Positions 13,966-29,069 of a stretch of 64,000 bases of DNA are shown one piece after another. The stretch's first letter is position 1; each line of letters begins with the position of its first letter. The notes beneath the pieces are model-generated. The model saw only the letters and a program-made list of their open reading frames with translations, was not told where the DNA came from and did not search any database. The stretch lies in assembly GCF_009914755.1 (NCBI RefSeq), contig NC_060931.1, one strand, 5' to 3'. Both the position numbers and the translations under genes were made by a program. The stretch comes from the human T2T-CHM13v2.0 reference genome, Homo sapiens.

Positions 13966-14816
13966 TCATGTCATAGACCCCCTCCAATTGGTGAGGGCTT
14001 TCCAGAACAGTCAAGCTTCAGGGTGGCGTGCTCCTTCCCTTTGGTTTCCCTAGATGTAACCTCTAGCTGAAGGTCTGATTCCTGTTGGAAACCAGGACAT
14101 TTTGGGAGAAGCCCCTGAGCACAGTGTGGCAGACCACGGGCCTGAGGGCTCCATATACTAAACCCAGGTCAAGGTCAAGGTGCAAGTCTTGGTGCAGGGC
14201 TTGTGCTTTAGGGGGCTGAGGATGCCTACTAGGGCCATTGAGGAAGTGCCAGGGACGCCAGCATGCAGTGATCTTAAGTTGGTGGGGACACACAGTGAAC
14301 ACCATCTCTCAAACAGGGAATCAGTCCTCACAGCTTGGGCATTCCAAACCTTATTCCCCACGACCTCTATTTCAGGACTTCCAAACCAATATCAAGAAGG
14401 TGGACGTATTAAATAGATGGAGAATCTTCTTCCAATAAAGCTCCTTATATGACTTCCTATTTCTAGAGTTTCCTCACCCTGAATTCATCCTAAAGTTACC
14501 ATTATAAACTTCCCAAAGAACAGCTTTTAAAATGTGCTTTCAAACCTCTGATGGCTCCCCACTGCTTAAACAATGGAACACACACTCCTTGTCTACTATC
14601 CAGGCCTGATGTTCCCATTCTGGTTTCTCTCCCACCTCTCACTCTCCAAGCTGCAGGCTATGAGCCAGACTATGCACTCTGCCCTGTGCCCTGCCCCATA
14701 TTCTCTTATCCATGACACTGCCCACCATATTCTCTCTGCTCATTTTGGCCAATTTCAGCATGCATTCTTTTAATATCACAAGTTCCCCGATAAAGCCATA
14801 ACTTTTCTTGACATTA

Positions 14817-15208
<392 letters not shown>

Positions 15209-15349
15209 TCACCTTGGGTGTGGATTCAGAGCTAACACTAGATGTGAAATACATTATTTCTCGGCCCTGCTTTAATTATGGTAGGCATGCATATAGGCTC
15301 CAATTTTAACTGTACCAGCATACTGCTGTGATTCCATTATTCCAGTAGT

Positions 15350-15520
15350 GGATATGCTTGTGAAGTAGAGAATCTCTGGGCTGTAAGCCAAGACTCTAAC
15401 CTCAGCTCAGACATGAAATGGGTAGGATACTTCAGGGAAGTCACTTAACCTCTGGGTTTCAGTTTCCCTTCCCTGGAAAATGAGACCTAAAATTCATTCC
15501 AGCCATTAAATACAACCTAG
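15350..15520 (+). mobile_element. MIR fragment
   Basis: aagtcacttaacctctgggtttcagtttcccttccctggaaaatgag core. Confidence 0.7.
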
Positions 15521-15893
15521 CCGAGATAATCCATCTTGTAGTTTTGGAAGAAAATGGAATTGATATTGACAGTGAAAACATAAAATAAAAATAGTAAGGG
15601 CTCAAATTGCAATCAGGAAAATCAGCCTGTTGGAGATCATGCAAAACTCATGATTATAGAAGCTACACCCAGTAAGATTCGGTAAAAATGAAAACTGCTC
15701 AATGACTCAACATTTTTTCAATATTTATATGAAAAATAATTTGTGTCAATAAAGATATTTTCAATAAAATAACGATGAAAAAAACAGAAGTGTTTTCTTT
15801 CTCCAGGACATTCAGCTTAATGACATTTATTCTAAAAAAAAAAATCTTAAAGCAATTTCTCAGTATGGTTATTATTCCGATTAAAATTTTTAA

Positions 15894-16202
<309 letters not shown>

Positions 16203-18139
16203 TAAATTTCTTAATGTGGAGTCAAAACTTCCTTAGGGCTGGCATGTTAAGAATAAAATGTCCTACATTTCAAATGCAGTGACAATATCAACTCAGATAA
16301 TGAACAGCAACTTTGATATTTGGAGAAAGGCACAGAAAGATCCCAAAAGGGTGGCCTTGAGAGCAATGGCCATGGGTTGTCAACAGACAAGGAGAAAGAG
16401 GACTCAACTTCTGGGACCCAGAGATAACACTTGTAAGGGTTTATGGTCAATGCCAGTGCAGAGGCTACCCATGACTTTGGTTATCACGTAGCCTGAGATT
16501 TACATTTTGTGTATATTTCTATCTCAGTGGCTAGAGATAGGTATATGGTATATAGAGATAGGTATAAATATATATATATATATATTTACATATCTATGTA
16601 AGCATAGAGAGCATTATGACATTTGCTGAAAGACACTACACTATTCCACATTGCATTGCTGGCTGAGCCCCTCTGGGCATTAATGAAATATAGATATTTT
16701 GGATCTTTGTTAGGTGATATCTTAGAAATAAGTTAGTCCAGACCTTGCATTTGACAGACAACTTCTAAATTTGACAGACGCTCAGAAAGTCTGCTGCTCG
16801 GATTATATAACAGGGCAGTGTCCAATCCTTAAAATGGCACCAATACCAAAAACTTATTACCTTCTAGGTCAGAGCCAACAAGGAGGAACAAGAAGCACTT
16901 GCTCTTCATCGGATCTCTGAAGGCTGGTGGGAGCTGTGTTTGATTTCTCTGGGCATGGCTTGATGTGAATACACAGGGAAAATTGCTCCCTCTCTCGGTA
17001 CCGTACTGCTCCCCTAGGAGAGCTGTCATTTCTTTAAGTGGACATTTTAGGTAACCATCCAGAGACAAGTCTACTTTGGTTTCAATTTTTTAAATTAAGA
17101 GCTGTAGTGTTTGGCAGAGAATGAGGTTGCTTTTTTGGCAGACACATACCCATGCTTCTGTTTTGTGTGTCTAATGCTGAAAAGCAAGTCCATGGCTAAG
17201 GTCCGTTTTCTTCATTATCAGACGCTTGACACTTGGACAGTATTCTTAGATAAACCTCACAGAGAATGCCTTTGTTCACACGGGAGTGCTTTTCCCTCCT
17301 CATAACCCTCATCTCCACAAACCACCCCAAACCAACGCTGAGGCACTAAGGGGGAAGGATCTTTGCCAACATTTTAAAATCACCTATACAAAATGCAGAT
17401 CCCTTGCTGCGTGGTAAAACACTCACTATCACAAACATATGTGGGCCTTGCTTCTTTTGTTACTTGTTTTTTTGGCAGCCAGAGGAGTACCATTTCATCT
17501 CTAAATGTGTTTTGCATTCACAAGAAGAGTCAGCGGGTTGAGTGTGATATTTGCCACCAGTTTCTGACTGGCGGCCAATTCCTTTTACCACCTCTGTGGG
17601 ACTTGTCGCCCTGAAGCAGCAATCTGGCCTCCCAAGCTGGACGTTTTATGCAAAGAGCCAAGCAGGACACATGTGGGATGCCAGGCCTGGGAGCATTTCA
17701 CAAGGCTGGTTCAGGGGATATAAAATAACAGGTGGTGGAGGCAGCCATCAAATAATCTTGAGGAGATCGTGTGTGTGCCTGGTGAGATGTTCATCACAAA
17801 GTAGTGTAGCAGATGGGGGGAGGTAACATGTCCACCACTCCCTGGCAGCTCAACATTCAAATATGCCCTTAATGGCCTGAATATTAATATTCCAACTTTC
17901 CCTTATATGTTGACTTTCAATAAACATATTTTCCTGAATCCTGACTATTACTATTTATAATTTTTTCTTCGTTATATGTACTCTTGTAAGCAATCCAGGG
18001 TAATAATAATAAAAATAAAAATAGCAAAATTTACTATGAGCCAGGAATTGCTCTAAGCTTATTAACTTATCCAAACCCTCTCAACAGTCCTATAAGGATA
18101 CCATAGTGGATGGCTTAAACAACAGGAATTTATTTCTCC

Positions 18140-18853
<714 letters not shown>

Positions 18854-19669
18854 GTTGGAGGGGCTTCAAGATGGCTGCCTGACGCACCTGGCTGTCACCT
18901 CCTTCACGAAGAAGGACCAGAATGGCAAATAGATAATTAGATGTCAAATAGAACATCTAAAGAAAACAATGGAATTCAGCAGGAAAGTGACTGGGAACTT
19001 CTGAGGCATAGAAGGAAAGGGAAGTGAAGCAGCTAACCCAGCCAAGATCAACTCAGAGCCAGGGGAAACTCCCACTGTGGGTAAAAGGTAAATGAGAGAT
19101 TCCCAGCAGTCAGCAGTCCATATTCCCACCACAGACTCCTATAATTTTAGCCACAGGAGAGCCCCTCAGCCCTCACAAGCCCTGAGACTAGTATAAAGAG
19201 ATGCCTGGAGTCCATGTAATGACATTGTTCTACAGAAGATGTTCACACTGGGTCCCACACATCCCCTGAGATTCAAGCAGCTACGGCATGGTGCCATTTT
19301 GAGAGGCCGGCCCCCACCAGACTACATCACACCTTTGGGGCCCAATACCCACTACATATCTACATCCCTGAACCCCTGCAGACACCCCCCTACATCTACT
19401 CAAAGGTTTACAGCATCACGATACTGGCTGGAGCCAGCAGTGCAGATGCGTCCCCAAAACTTTAGCTCATGCAATGTCTTACGCCCCAAGGAATGGGTAG
19501 TGAAACACACTGGGGAGGCTGCCCTAGGGACAAAGGGAGCCAAAGCATGTACTCTCCAGAGCCTGAGAGCTGCCTGCCTGGGGCTGTTGCCACTGACAGC
19601 AAATCCTTACCCCCCAGCAGCAGGGTGGCTGCACACCTGCACATATCTTAACAGGGCCTGGGAACTGGC

Positions 19670-20689
19670 TCACCCAGGCACTGTCCAAGGACCTGAGGAC
19701 AGGCCCATCTAGCCTGCCTCTTGGCCCAAGGACACCATCCAAGGTCCTGGAGATCAACCCGGTCTGCTTGCCACCAGGAGACCTAAAAACAGGTCTGCCT
19801 GTCTGCCACCACCACCAGTGCCCACACGCATCATCTGGGAACCAGGAGGCCGACCTACCACCCCCACTGCCACTGGTGCCCACATACATCATCAAAGTGC
19901 CTAAAGATACCCATTGCTACTACAACTGGCATCCTAGTGTGCCATTTGAGGGCCTGGGGATTGATCAACCACACACACTGCCACACGCATCACCCACATA
20001 TGCCATCTAGAGGCCTAAGCATAGGCCTGCCTCTGCACTGCCTTCACCTGTGCCCATGAACATTATCCAGGAGTCTAGGGATTGACCTACCCCACCCACT
20101 GCCACTGGCATGCATACATGCCTTCTATGGAGCTGACAATGGGCCCGCACAGGTTGCCAGTGCCTGTGCATGTTGTCTGGGGGCCTGGGAATTGATCAGC
20201 CCTGCCTGCCACAGCCTTTGTATGCACACACCATTGAGGGGCCTGAGGACAGCTCCAGCTCACCTGGCCCCACCCTCACCAGTGCCTGTGGGCATTGTCC
20301 AGAGGCCTGGGAATATGCCTGCCCTGCACATCCACACCTGGGGGTGCTAAGGACAGGCCTCCCCAGCCTGCCAGTGCATATGCACATTATCCAGAGGCCT
20401 AGAGATCAATACACCTTTCCCGCCAATGCTGGAGCCCATGCATTCCTTCCAGGGACCTGAGGATGTCCACTCCCAGCCTGTTGCCATCACCTCCACGAGC
20501 AGTCACCTGTATATGTACCACCTTGGGGCTGGGGGACTGGCCCACCAAGTTTGCTGCCATCAGTGCTAGTGCCCACTACTGCTATCGCCATTGGTGATGC
20601 CATGCACACTGCCCAGGAGTTCAGTGATCCACTTGCCAGCCTGGCCTACTGCTGCCACTGCCAGCACTTTAGCAAGTCACCTGGAAGCC
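19670..20689 (+). repeat. Degenerate GC-rich tandem array in the L1MA 5'UTR
   Basis: Recurring motifs (c)agaggcctg(g)gga...ccc.cc...gccactg...gcccac at roughly 60-70 bp spacing. Confidence 0.6.
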
Positions 20690-21056
20690 TGTATTAGTCT
20701 GTTCTCATGCTGCTAATAAAGACATACCTGAGACTGGGTAATTTATAAAGGAAAGAGGTTTAATGGGCTCACAGTTCCACATGGCTGTGGCAGGGGGGCT
20801 CACAAACATGATGGAAGGCAAAGGAGAAGCAAAGGCCCATCTTATAGGGCAGCAGGCAAGAGAGCTTGTGTGGAGGAACTCCTTTTATAAAACCATCAGA
20901 TCTCACAAGACTTACTCACTATCACGAGAATAGCACAGGAAAGACCTGCTCCCATGATTCAATTACCTCCCACCGGGTCCCTTCCATGACATGTGGGGAT
21001 TATGGGAGCTACAACTCAGGATGAGATTTGGGTAGGGACTCAGCCAAATAATATGA
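20690..21056 (-). mobile_element. THE1B-like MaLR solo LTR
   Basis: tgtattagtctgttctcatgctgctaataaagacatacctgagactggg...; 5-bp TSD aagcc / aggcc. Confidence 0.9.
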
Positions 21057-22680
21057 AGGCCGAAGGATCAGCCCACTCAGACCTGCTTCTACCAGTTTCC
21101 ATGTATGCCACCTGGGAACCCAAGAAACAGCATACTGGTGCCAAAGAACTGGCCCACCTGGTGTCCCAATCCATAGCAAAACCTCACTACAGTGTCTACT
21201 AAAAACCACAGCCTAACCCACTGAGGAACTCGAAGATACCACTGACACTGATTATAGCTGAAGAAGTCATCTGAAGACTACATTACTGTGCCCACCCAAA
21301 ATCAAAACCAAAGTGCCCTACACAACCAACCCTACAGACACATCTATTGGAAAACATCTTTCCTACAAAAGTCAATTCAAAAAATCAGAAGAAGGGACTG
21401 TTACACCAGATTCACAGATATCAATGTAAAAACAAACAAACATGAAAAAGCAAGGAAATGTGATATGTGTAAAAAAACAATAATTCCCTAGTGACAGATT
21501 TCAATGAAAAATAAATCTATGACATATCTGGTAAAGATTTCATAATAGTGTTATTAAAGAAGCTTAGCGAGATACAAGATAACACAGATAAATAATAGAA
21601 GGAAATCAGAAAAACAGTTCATAATCAGAATGAGAAATTCATCAAAGAGACTGATACATAAAGAAGAACCAATCAGAAATCCTGTAACTGAAGAATTCAA
21701 TGAATGAAACAAAAAAATATAATCAAGAGCTTCAATAATAGAGATCAAGCAGAATACTTTTTGAAGTAGAAGAAATGTCTTTTGAAATAACTCAGACAAA
21801 AAAGTACATATATATAAAGTTTAATAAAGAACAAAGAAAGCCTACATGACATATGGAACACCATAAAGCAGGCAACCAAATATTCACATTTTGGGTGTTC
21901 CAGAAGAAGAAGAGGTAAGCAAAGGCATAGAAAGCTTACTTAATGACATTATAGCCCCAAACTTCCAAAGTCTTGCAAGAGATATAGGCATCTAGAACAG
22001 GAAGCTCAAAAATCTCCAAATGGATTCAATCCAAAAATGTCTTCTCCAGGGCATATTATAGTTATACTGTCAAAAGTCAAAGACAAAGAAAGAATTCTAA
22101 AATTAGCAAGAGAAAATTGTCAAGGCACATATAAGGGAATCCCCATCAGACTAACAGTTTTCTCAGCAGAAACTTATAAGCCACGAGAAAATGAGATGGT
22201 ATATTCAAAGTGCTGAAAGAACAAAACTGACAACCAAGATTACTATACCCACAAAGCCATCCTTCAAAAAAGAAGGAAAAAGAAAGTCTTTCCCAGACAA
22301 GCAAAAACTGAGGACATTCATTACCATTGGACTGGCCCTACAAGAAATGCTTAAGGCAGTCCTATAACTGGAAGTGAAAAGACGATACCTACCATCAAGA
22401 AAACATGAAAGTATAAACTCACTGGCTTCTCATAAATGAGAAAGAGAAAAGATTCAAATGTTACCACTACAGAAAACCATCAAACCACAATGATAAGCAA
22501 TAAAAGAGGAAGAACGGAACAAAGGATATATAAAACAACCAGAAAACAATGAACAAAATGGCAGAAATAAGTTCTCACCTATCAGTAATAACTTTGAATG
22601 TAAATGGATTAAATTCCCCACATAAAAGACATAAACCGGCTGAACGGATAAAAATAAAATATGATCTAACTATATGCTAC

Positions 22681-23099
22681 TGCGTTAGGCCATTCTGCAT
22701 CATAATAAAAACATACCTGAGGCTGGGTAATTTATAAAGGAAAGAGGTTTAATTGGCTTACAATTCTGTAGGCTATACAAGTATGGCACCAACATTTGCT
22801 CAGCTTCTGATGAGGGCTTCAGGAAGCTTACAATTATGGCAGAAGGCAAAGTGGGTGCATGTGTTTCACATGACAAGAGCAGGAACAAGAGACAGAGATG
22901 GAGGAGGTCCCAGACTCTGTTAAATACCAGGTCTCACATGAACTGAGTGAAAACTCACTTATCACCAAGGGATTGGTGCAAAGCCATTCATGAGGAATCT
23001 TCCCCATCACACAATCACCTCCCATCAGACCCCATCTCCAATATTGGGAATCACATTTCAGCTTGAGACTTGGAGGGGACAAACATCCAAACCATATCA
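22681..23099 (-). mobile_element. MSTB-like MaLR solo LTR inserted in the L1 ORF2 endonuclease region
   Basis: Ends in ...aaacatccaaaccatatca; perfect 5-bp TSD GCTAC at 22676-22680 and 23100-23104; splits the L1 'IC.LQETH' coding segment. Confidence 0.9.
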
Positions 23100-26000
23100 G
23101 CTACCTGCAAGAAACTCACATCAGCTGCAAAGACACATACAGACTGAAAGTAAAGGAATAAACAATTATATTCCATGTAAACAGAAACCAAAAGTGAGAA
23201 GGAGTAGCTGTACTTAGATAAAACAGATTTCAAGATAAAAATTGTAAAAAAAAGTTTTCAATTTAGCAAGAGGATATAACCATCCCAATTATATTAAATA
23301 TATGCAGCCAACACTGGAGCACCCAAATATATAAAGCAAATAGTATTGGATCTAAAGGGAGAGATAGGCTCCAATACAATCATAGTCGAGGACTTCAACA
23401 AACAGTCTCAGAATTGGCCATCATTTAGACAGAAAAATAAGAAAGAAACGTCAGATTTAAACTGCACTTTAGACAAAATGGAACTAACAGACATTTACAG
23501 AACATGTTATCCAACTGCTACATAATGCATTTTTTTCTCATCAGCACAGGAAACATTCTCTAGGACAGATCACTTGTTATGCCATTAAACAAATCTCAAC
23601 AAATGTAAAATAATCAGAATCATATCAAGTATATTCTAAGACTACAATGGAATTAAACTAGAAATCAATACCAAGGAAAACTTTGGAAACTGTATAAACA
23701 CATGAAAATTAAAAACATGCTCCTGAATGACCATTGAATCAATTAAGAAATCAAGAAGAAAATTTAAACATTTCTTGAAACAAATGAAAATGGAAACGCA
23801 AAATACCAAAACCTATAGGATACAGCAAAAGTAGTGCTAAGATGGAAGTTTATAGTAATAAATACCTACATCAAAAAAGTAGAAAGTGTTTAAATATACA
23901 ACCTAAAGATGCATCTTTAAAAAACTAGAAAAGCAAGAACAAACCAAACCCATTATCTTTTGTTCTAAACCCAAAATTAGAACAAAGGAATAATAACAAT
24001 CAGAGCAGAACTAAATGGAATAGAAACTAAAAAGAAATACAAAGGATCAATGAAATAAAAAAGCCTGTTTTTAAAAAAGATAAATAAAATCAATAAACTA
24101 GACTAGGCTATACTAATCAAGAAAAAAAGAGAGAAAACCCAAATAAATAAAATCAGAAATGGAAAAGGAGACATTACAATCGATACCACACAAATACGAA
24201 GGATCATCAGAGACGATTATGGACAACTTTAGCCTAACAAACTGGAAAACCTAGGGGAATGGATAAATTCCTGGACATATACAGCCTACCAAGATTGAAC
24301 CAGGAAGATATAGAAAACTTGAACAGACCAATAAAGAATAATGAGATTGAATCAGTAATAAAAATTCTCCCAACAAAGGAAAGTCTAGACTGGATGACTT
24401 TTCTGCCAAATTCTACCAAACTTATATGAAAGAGCTAACACAAACTCTTCTCAAACTAATTCTTTAAAATTAAAGAGGAGGCAATTCTTTCTAATTCATT
24501 CTACAAGGCTATCATCCTGATACGAAAACCAGACAAGGACACACACAAGAAGAAAACTACAGGCCAATCTCCCTAATGAATATAGATGTAAACATCCTCA
24601 ACAAAATACTAGCAAACAGAATCCAACAACACATCAAAAAGATAATACACCATAATCAAGTGGAATTTATCCCAGAAATGCAAGGATGGTTCAACATATG
24701 CAAATCAATAAACATGATACATCACATCAACAGAATGAAAGACAAAAACTGTAAGTTCATCTCAATAGATTAAGAAAAACATCTGATAAAATCCAACATC
24801 CCTTCATGATAAAAACTGTCAACAAATCAGGCATAGAAGGAACATACCATAACGTAATAAAGGCCATATACAACAAACATCATCATACTGAATAGGGAAA
24901 AGCTGAAAGCATTTCCTCTAAGAATTGGAACAAGACAAGAATGTCCCCTTTCACCACTCCTATTCAACATAGTACCAGAAGTCCTAGCCAGAGCAACTGG
25001 GTAAGAAAAAGAAACAAAAGGCATTCATACTGAAAAAGAGCAAGTCAAACTGTTTCTCTTTGCAGCTGACACGATCTTTTATACAGAAAAAACTAAAGAC
25101 TCCACCAAAACAATTTTAGAACTGATAAATGAATTCAGTAAAGTTGTAGGATACAAAATCAACATACAAAACTCACTAGCATTTCTATAGACTAATAATG
25201 AACTAGCTAAAAAAGAAATCAAGAAAGCAATCCCATTTACAATAGCTACAAAAGAAATAAATAACCTTAAAATAGATTTAATCAAGGAGGTGAAAGATCT
25301 CTACAAGGAAAACTATAAAATGCTGATGTAAGAAGTTGAAGAGGACACAAACAAATGGAAGACATCTCATGCTCATGGATTGGAAAAATTAATATTGTTA
25401 AAATGATCATACTGAATAAAGCAATCTACAGGTTCAATGCATAACTATTAAAATACCAATGGCATTTGTCACAGAAATAAAAAGACCCCAAATAGTGAAA
25501 GCAATACTGAGCAAAAAGAACAAAGCTGGAGGCATCACACTACCTGATTTCAAAATATACTACAAAGCAATAACAACCAAAACAGCAAGGTATTAGTACA
25601 AAAACAGGCACATAGACCAATGGCACAGAATAGTAAACCCAGAAATAAATCCACATATTTATAGCCAAATAATCTCTGACAAAGCTGACAAGAACATACA
25701 CTGGGGAAAGGACACCCTCTTCAATGAATGGTGCTGGGTAAACTGGGATCCATATGCAGAAGAATGAAACTAAACCCCTATCTCTCACCATATACACATA
25801 GAATAAGCTCAAAAACGAAACCCCTATCTCTCACCATATCCATGTAAAATAAGCTCAAAATGGATTAAAGACTTAAACATAAGACTCAAAATGATAAAAC
25901 CACTAGAAGAAAACAGGGGAAACACTTTAGGACACTGGTGTAGGTAAAGCTTTTATGGCTAAGACCCCAAAAGCATAGGTGATAAAACCATAAACAGACA

Positions 26001-26195
26001 AATGGGTCTACATTAAACTAAAAAGTTTCTTCACAGCAAAGGGAACAATCAATAGAGTGAAGAGACAACCTGTAGAATAGGAGAAAATATCTGCCAACTA
26101 TCCATCTGACCAAAGACTAATATCCAGAATATACAAGCAACTCAAGCAACTGAAGAGCACAAACCATAAATAATACCATTAAAAAGTGAGAAAAG

Positions 26196-26497
26196 GGCCA
26201 GGCGTGGTGGCTCAAGCCTGTAATCCCAGCACCTGGGGAGGCCAAGGTGGGGCAGATCACGAGGTCAGGAGATCGAGACCATCCTGGCTAACACGGTGAA
26301 ACCCCATCTCTACTAAAAATAGAAAAACTTAGCCGGGTGTGGTGGCAGGCGCCTGTAGTCCCAGCTACTCGGAAGGCTGAGGCAGGAGAATGGCGCGAAC
26401 CGGTGTGGTGGAGCTTGCAGTGAGCCGAGAGATCCTGCCACGGCACTCCAGCCTGGGCAACAGAGCAAGACTCCATCTCAAAAAAAAAAAAAAAAAA
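26196..26497 (+). mobile_element. AluY
   Basis: Y diagnostics gagatcgagaccatcctggctaacacgg, ggagaatggcg and ggagcttgcag; 15-bp TSD aaaaagtgagaaaag. Confidence 0.95.
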
Positions 26498-27458
26498 GTG
26501 AGAAAAGGATCTTAATAGACATTTCTCAAAAGAAGACATACAGGTGCCCAACAGGTATATGGAAAAATCTCAGCATCACTAATCATCAGGGAAACGCAAA
26601 TTAAAACCACAATGAGGTATCATCTCATTGGAGTTATAATGGCTATTACCAAAAAGACAAAAAATAACAGATGCTGATGAGGATGCAGAGAAAATGAACT
26701 CATACACTATTGGTAGGAATGTAAATTAGTACAGCCATTATAGAAAACAATATGGAGGTTTCTAAAAAAAACTACAAATAGAATTACCATATGCTGCAGC
26801 AATTCCACTACTTGATATTTTTCTAAAGGAAAAGAAATCAGTATATTAAAGGAATATCTGCACGCCATGTTTATCATAGTACTATTCACAATAGCCATGA
26901 CATGGAATCACCCTAAGTGTCCATCAACAGATGAATGGATTTTAAAAATGTGGCATATACACACAATGGAATATTACTAAGCCATAAAAAAGAATGAAAT
27001 CCTATCACTTGCAGTGACATGGATGGAACTGGAGGTCGTTATGTTAAAGGAAATAAGCCAGGCAAAGAAAGACAAATATCGTATGTTCTCACTCACATGT
27101 GGGAGCGTAAAAAGTTAATTTCATGGAGGTAGAGAATAGAATGATAGTTACCAGAGGCTGGGAAGTGGGGATGGGTGGGAAGACGAAGAGAGATTGGTTA
27201 AGGGGTGCAGACAGTTAGATAGAAGGAATAAATTCTAGTGTTCAATAGCACAGTAGGGTGACTATAGTTAAGAACGATATATTGTATATTTCAAAATGGC
27301 TAGAAGAGATTTGAAATGTTCCCAATATAATGAAATGATACATGTTTGAGGTGATGGATATCCTAAATACCCTGATTTGGTCATTAACATTAAATACATG
27401 TATCAAAATATTACATGTATTCTATAAAGATGTACACTTACATATCGACAACAACAAC

Positions 27459-27640
27459 AAAACCCTTCCCTCAAACAAATCTCCAAGCCCAGATGGCTTC
27501 ACCAGTGAATTCTCCTAACACTTAAAGATACCGTTTCCAACAACAGAAAGAGGAAACACTTCCCAACTTATTTTATGAGGCCAGTATAACCATGATTCCA
27601 ACACTTGAAGAGGACATTGCAAGAAAGGAAGATGATGAGA
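27459..27640 (+). mobile_element. Old L1M ORF2 fragment, right part of the host
   Basis: tctccaagcccagatggcttcaccagtgaattct...ttttatgaggccagtataacc continues the ORF2 sequence broken at 18853. Confidence 0.8.
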
Positions 27641-28089
27641 GTAACATCTGACCCCGCAGTGGAAGTTGCACTAGGGTGTCAGCTAGAGAGATTTTGTCCT
27701 GAGGCTCCACATGTAATATAAAAATGTGATCATACATTTGCCAGAGGAGATTGTGTTGAAACTTCCTTTATAATTTGCCAAGTTCTCTCCCCAAATAGAC
27801 TGCAATTCTCTCATTAATGATTTGCCTCTTTGGACTGAGCACTGTCTTTTTAATGAATTGTCTCCTTACCTCTTGAACAATGCCTAAACTTTTGTCTGGT
27901 TTTATATTTAGTCCTATGTATGTCTGAACTCAGACCACTCTTCTCTGTGGAAAGTAGGGCCACAGAAGACACACACTGGCTGTTGTATGGCTTTGCTTAA
28001 GGTCGGCCATGTCTCATTGCTATTCAGGCTTTATTTTCAATCCCGCTCTCCCATTCCCACAACCTGCCTGCTCCCAAGCATCTTCCTAC

Positions 28090-28272
28090 CTGATGGAAGT
28101 CACCCACTTGCCGGATGTAACCAGCCACTTCACTGTCAGATTTAAAGATCTTCCAAACTTTTTTTTCTGCCTTCTTGTATTCCTGGGATCCTTTCCAGTC
28201 CATGCCCATCAAGGAGCGCTCTGTCAGGGCAGCTGCCACGATGATGTCCAGTTGGCCATTGTAGATCAGAAC
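28090..28272 (-). CDS. CPVL: CPVL penultimate coding exon, 183 nt, phase 0/0, VLIYNGQLDIIVAAALTERSLMGMDWKGSQEYKKAEKKVWKIFKSDSEVAGYIRQVGDFHQ (approx. aa 380-440), contains the catalytic Asp
   Basis: Lies within ORF 28024..28503. Acceptor atttcatttcAG (28274-28273), donor CAG|GTagga (28089-28088). VLIYNGQLD is the serine carboxypeptidase catalytic-Asp motif; the Asp codon is at 28246-28248. Confidence 0.97.
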
Positions 28273-29069
28273 CTGAAATGAAATCAAGCCATCAGCAAAT
28301 GCAAGATTCAGGAGGTGAAGCTCATGAATCGAGCTAGGTATAAATAGTGAGCCAGTGAGAGAGAAAAAGAGACATGAATCTCTCTGAGATTTTCTTCTAG
28401 TTAGCCATAAAGAATAACAATCCGAAATAAACTCAAGCCTTGTCTCTACCACTGAATTCTTCATAGTAATCTGCATAAAGGCCTCTCTTGGTTGCAAAAA
28501 CATTTGTGTTGTATTACTCAGTGATACATATATACAGGTTTTACTTGGATTTATGGCTATGTTAAGAAGGAAGACTGTGGTTACATTTTAGTGGAACTAA
28601 GGAATACTACCCCCTAGGATTTTCATGAAGCCTGCATTTCATTAACTTCAACTTCAGGCAGTGCAGTCGCTGGCAAGCTGAGCTTTCTCTTGGGTATTGC
28701 TAATCCATATTGCTCTCCTCTCCTACATTGATTTCAGTAGCAAGTATAATTTTTTTGCAGCAGCAGACAGAGAGATTCAGGTGCCTCAAATTTGTTTCTT
28801 ATTGGAAGCAACTATGCCTGCCATGCCACTTGCAAAACTTCCTTTTTAAAAATATGATAGCTGCTTGTCAACAGTGAGGAATGTTCTTTCTTCCTAGAAT
28901 ACAATTTTTTGTATGTGTCAAACTGATGTTTATCATAGGAAAAACAACACTGAGGTAACTCTTTTCATTAATCCTAAAGCAATTTTCAATTTGCTTGAAA
29001 AAATAATTCAGATAATTCCCAATTCTGATAAAGTTGTAGAACTAATGGGGACAGTATAAAATGGCTCTT

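Larger units (their letters stand above)
18854..27458 (+). mobile_element. Apparently full-length, decayed L1 of L1MA4/5-like type (5'UTR, ORF1, ORF2, 3'UTR), with three nested insertions
   Basis: 5' end gggcttCAAGATGGC; GC-rich 5'UTR; ORF1 remnants about 21400-22400; ORF2 remnants ([31 protein letters not shown]); L1MA-type 3' end (ggtgatggatatcctaaataccctgatttg). Flanking repeat aaaaccctcc / aaaacccttcc. Confidence 0.88.

Noticed and set aside
19239-20460. Pro/His/Cys-rich ORFs of 80-157 aa in a GC-rich block, suggesting a gene or CpG-island promoter
   Set aside because: They lie within the L1MA 5'UTR. The block is GC-rich but CpG-depleted, and long frames are expected at this composition.
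19670-20689. Regularly spaced repeats resembling a CRISPR-like array
   Set aside because: The units are degenerate with no constant repeat/unique spacer pattern and no cas genes; the context is a mammalian L1 5'UTR.
28024-28503. 159-aa ORF as a stand-alone gene or extended exon
   Set aside because: Only 28090-28272 matches CPVL and has splice sites; the flanks are intron read-through. An upstream AG at 28335-28334 would add 61 nt and shift the frame.
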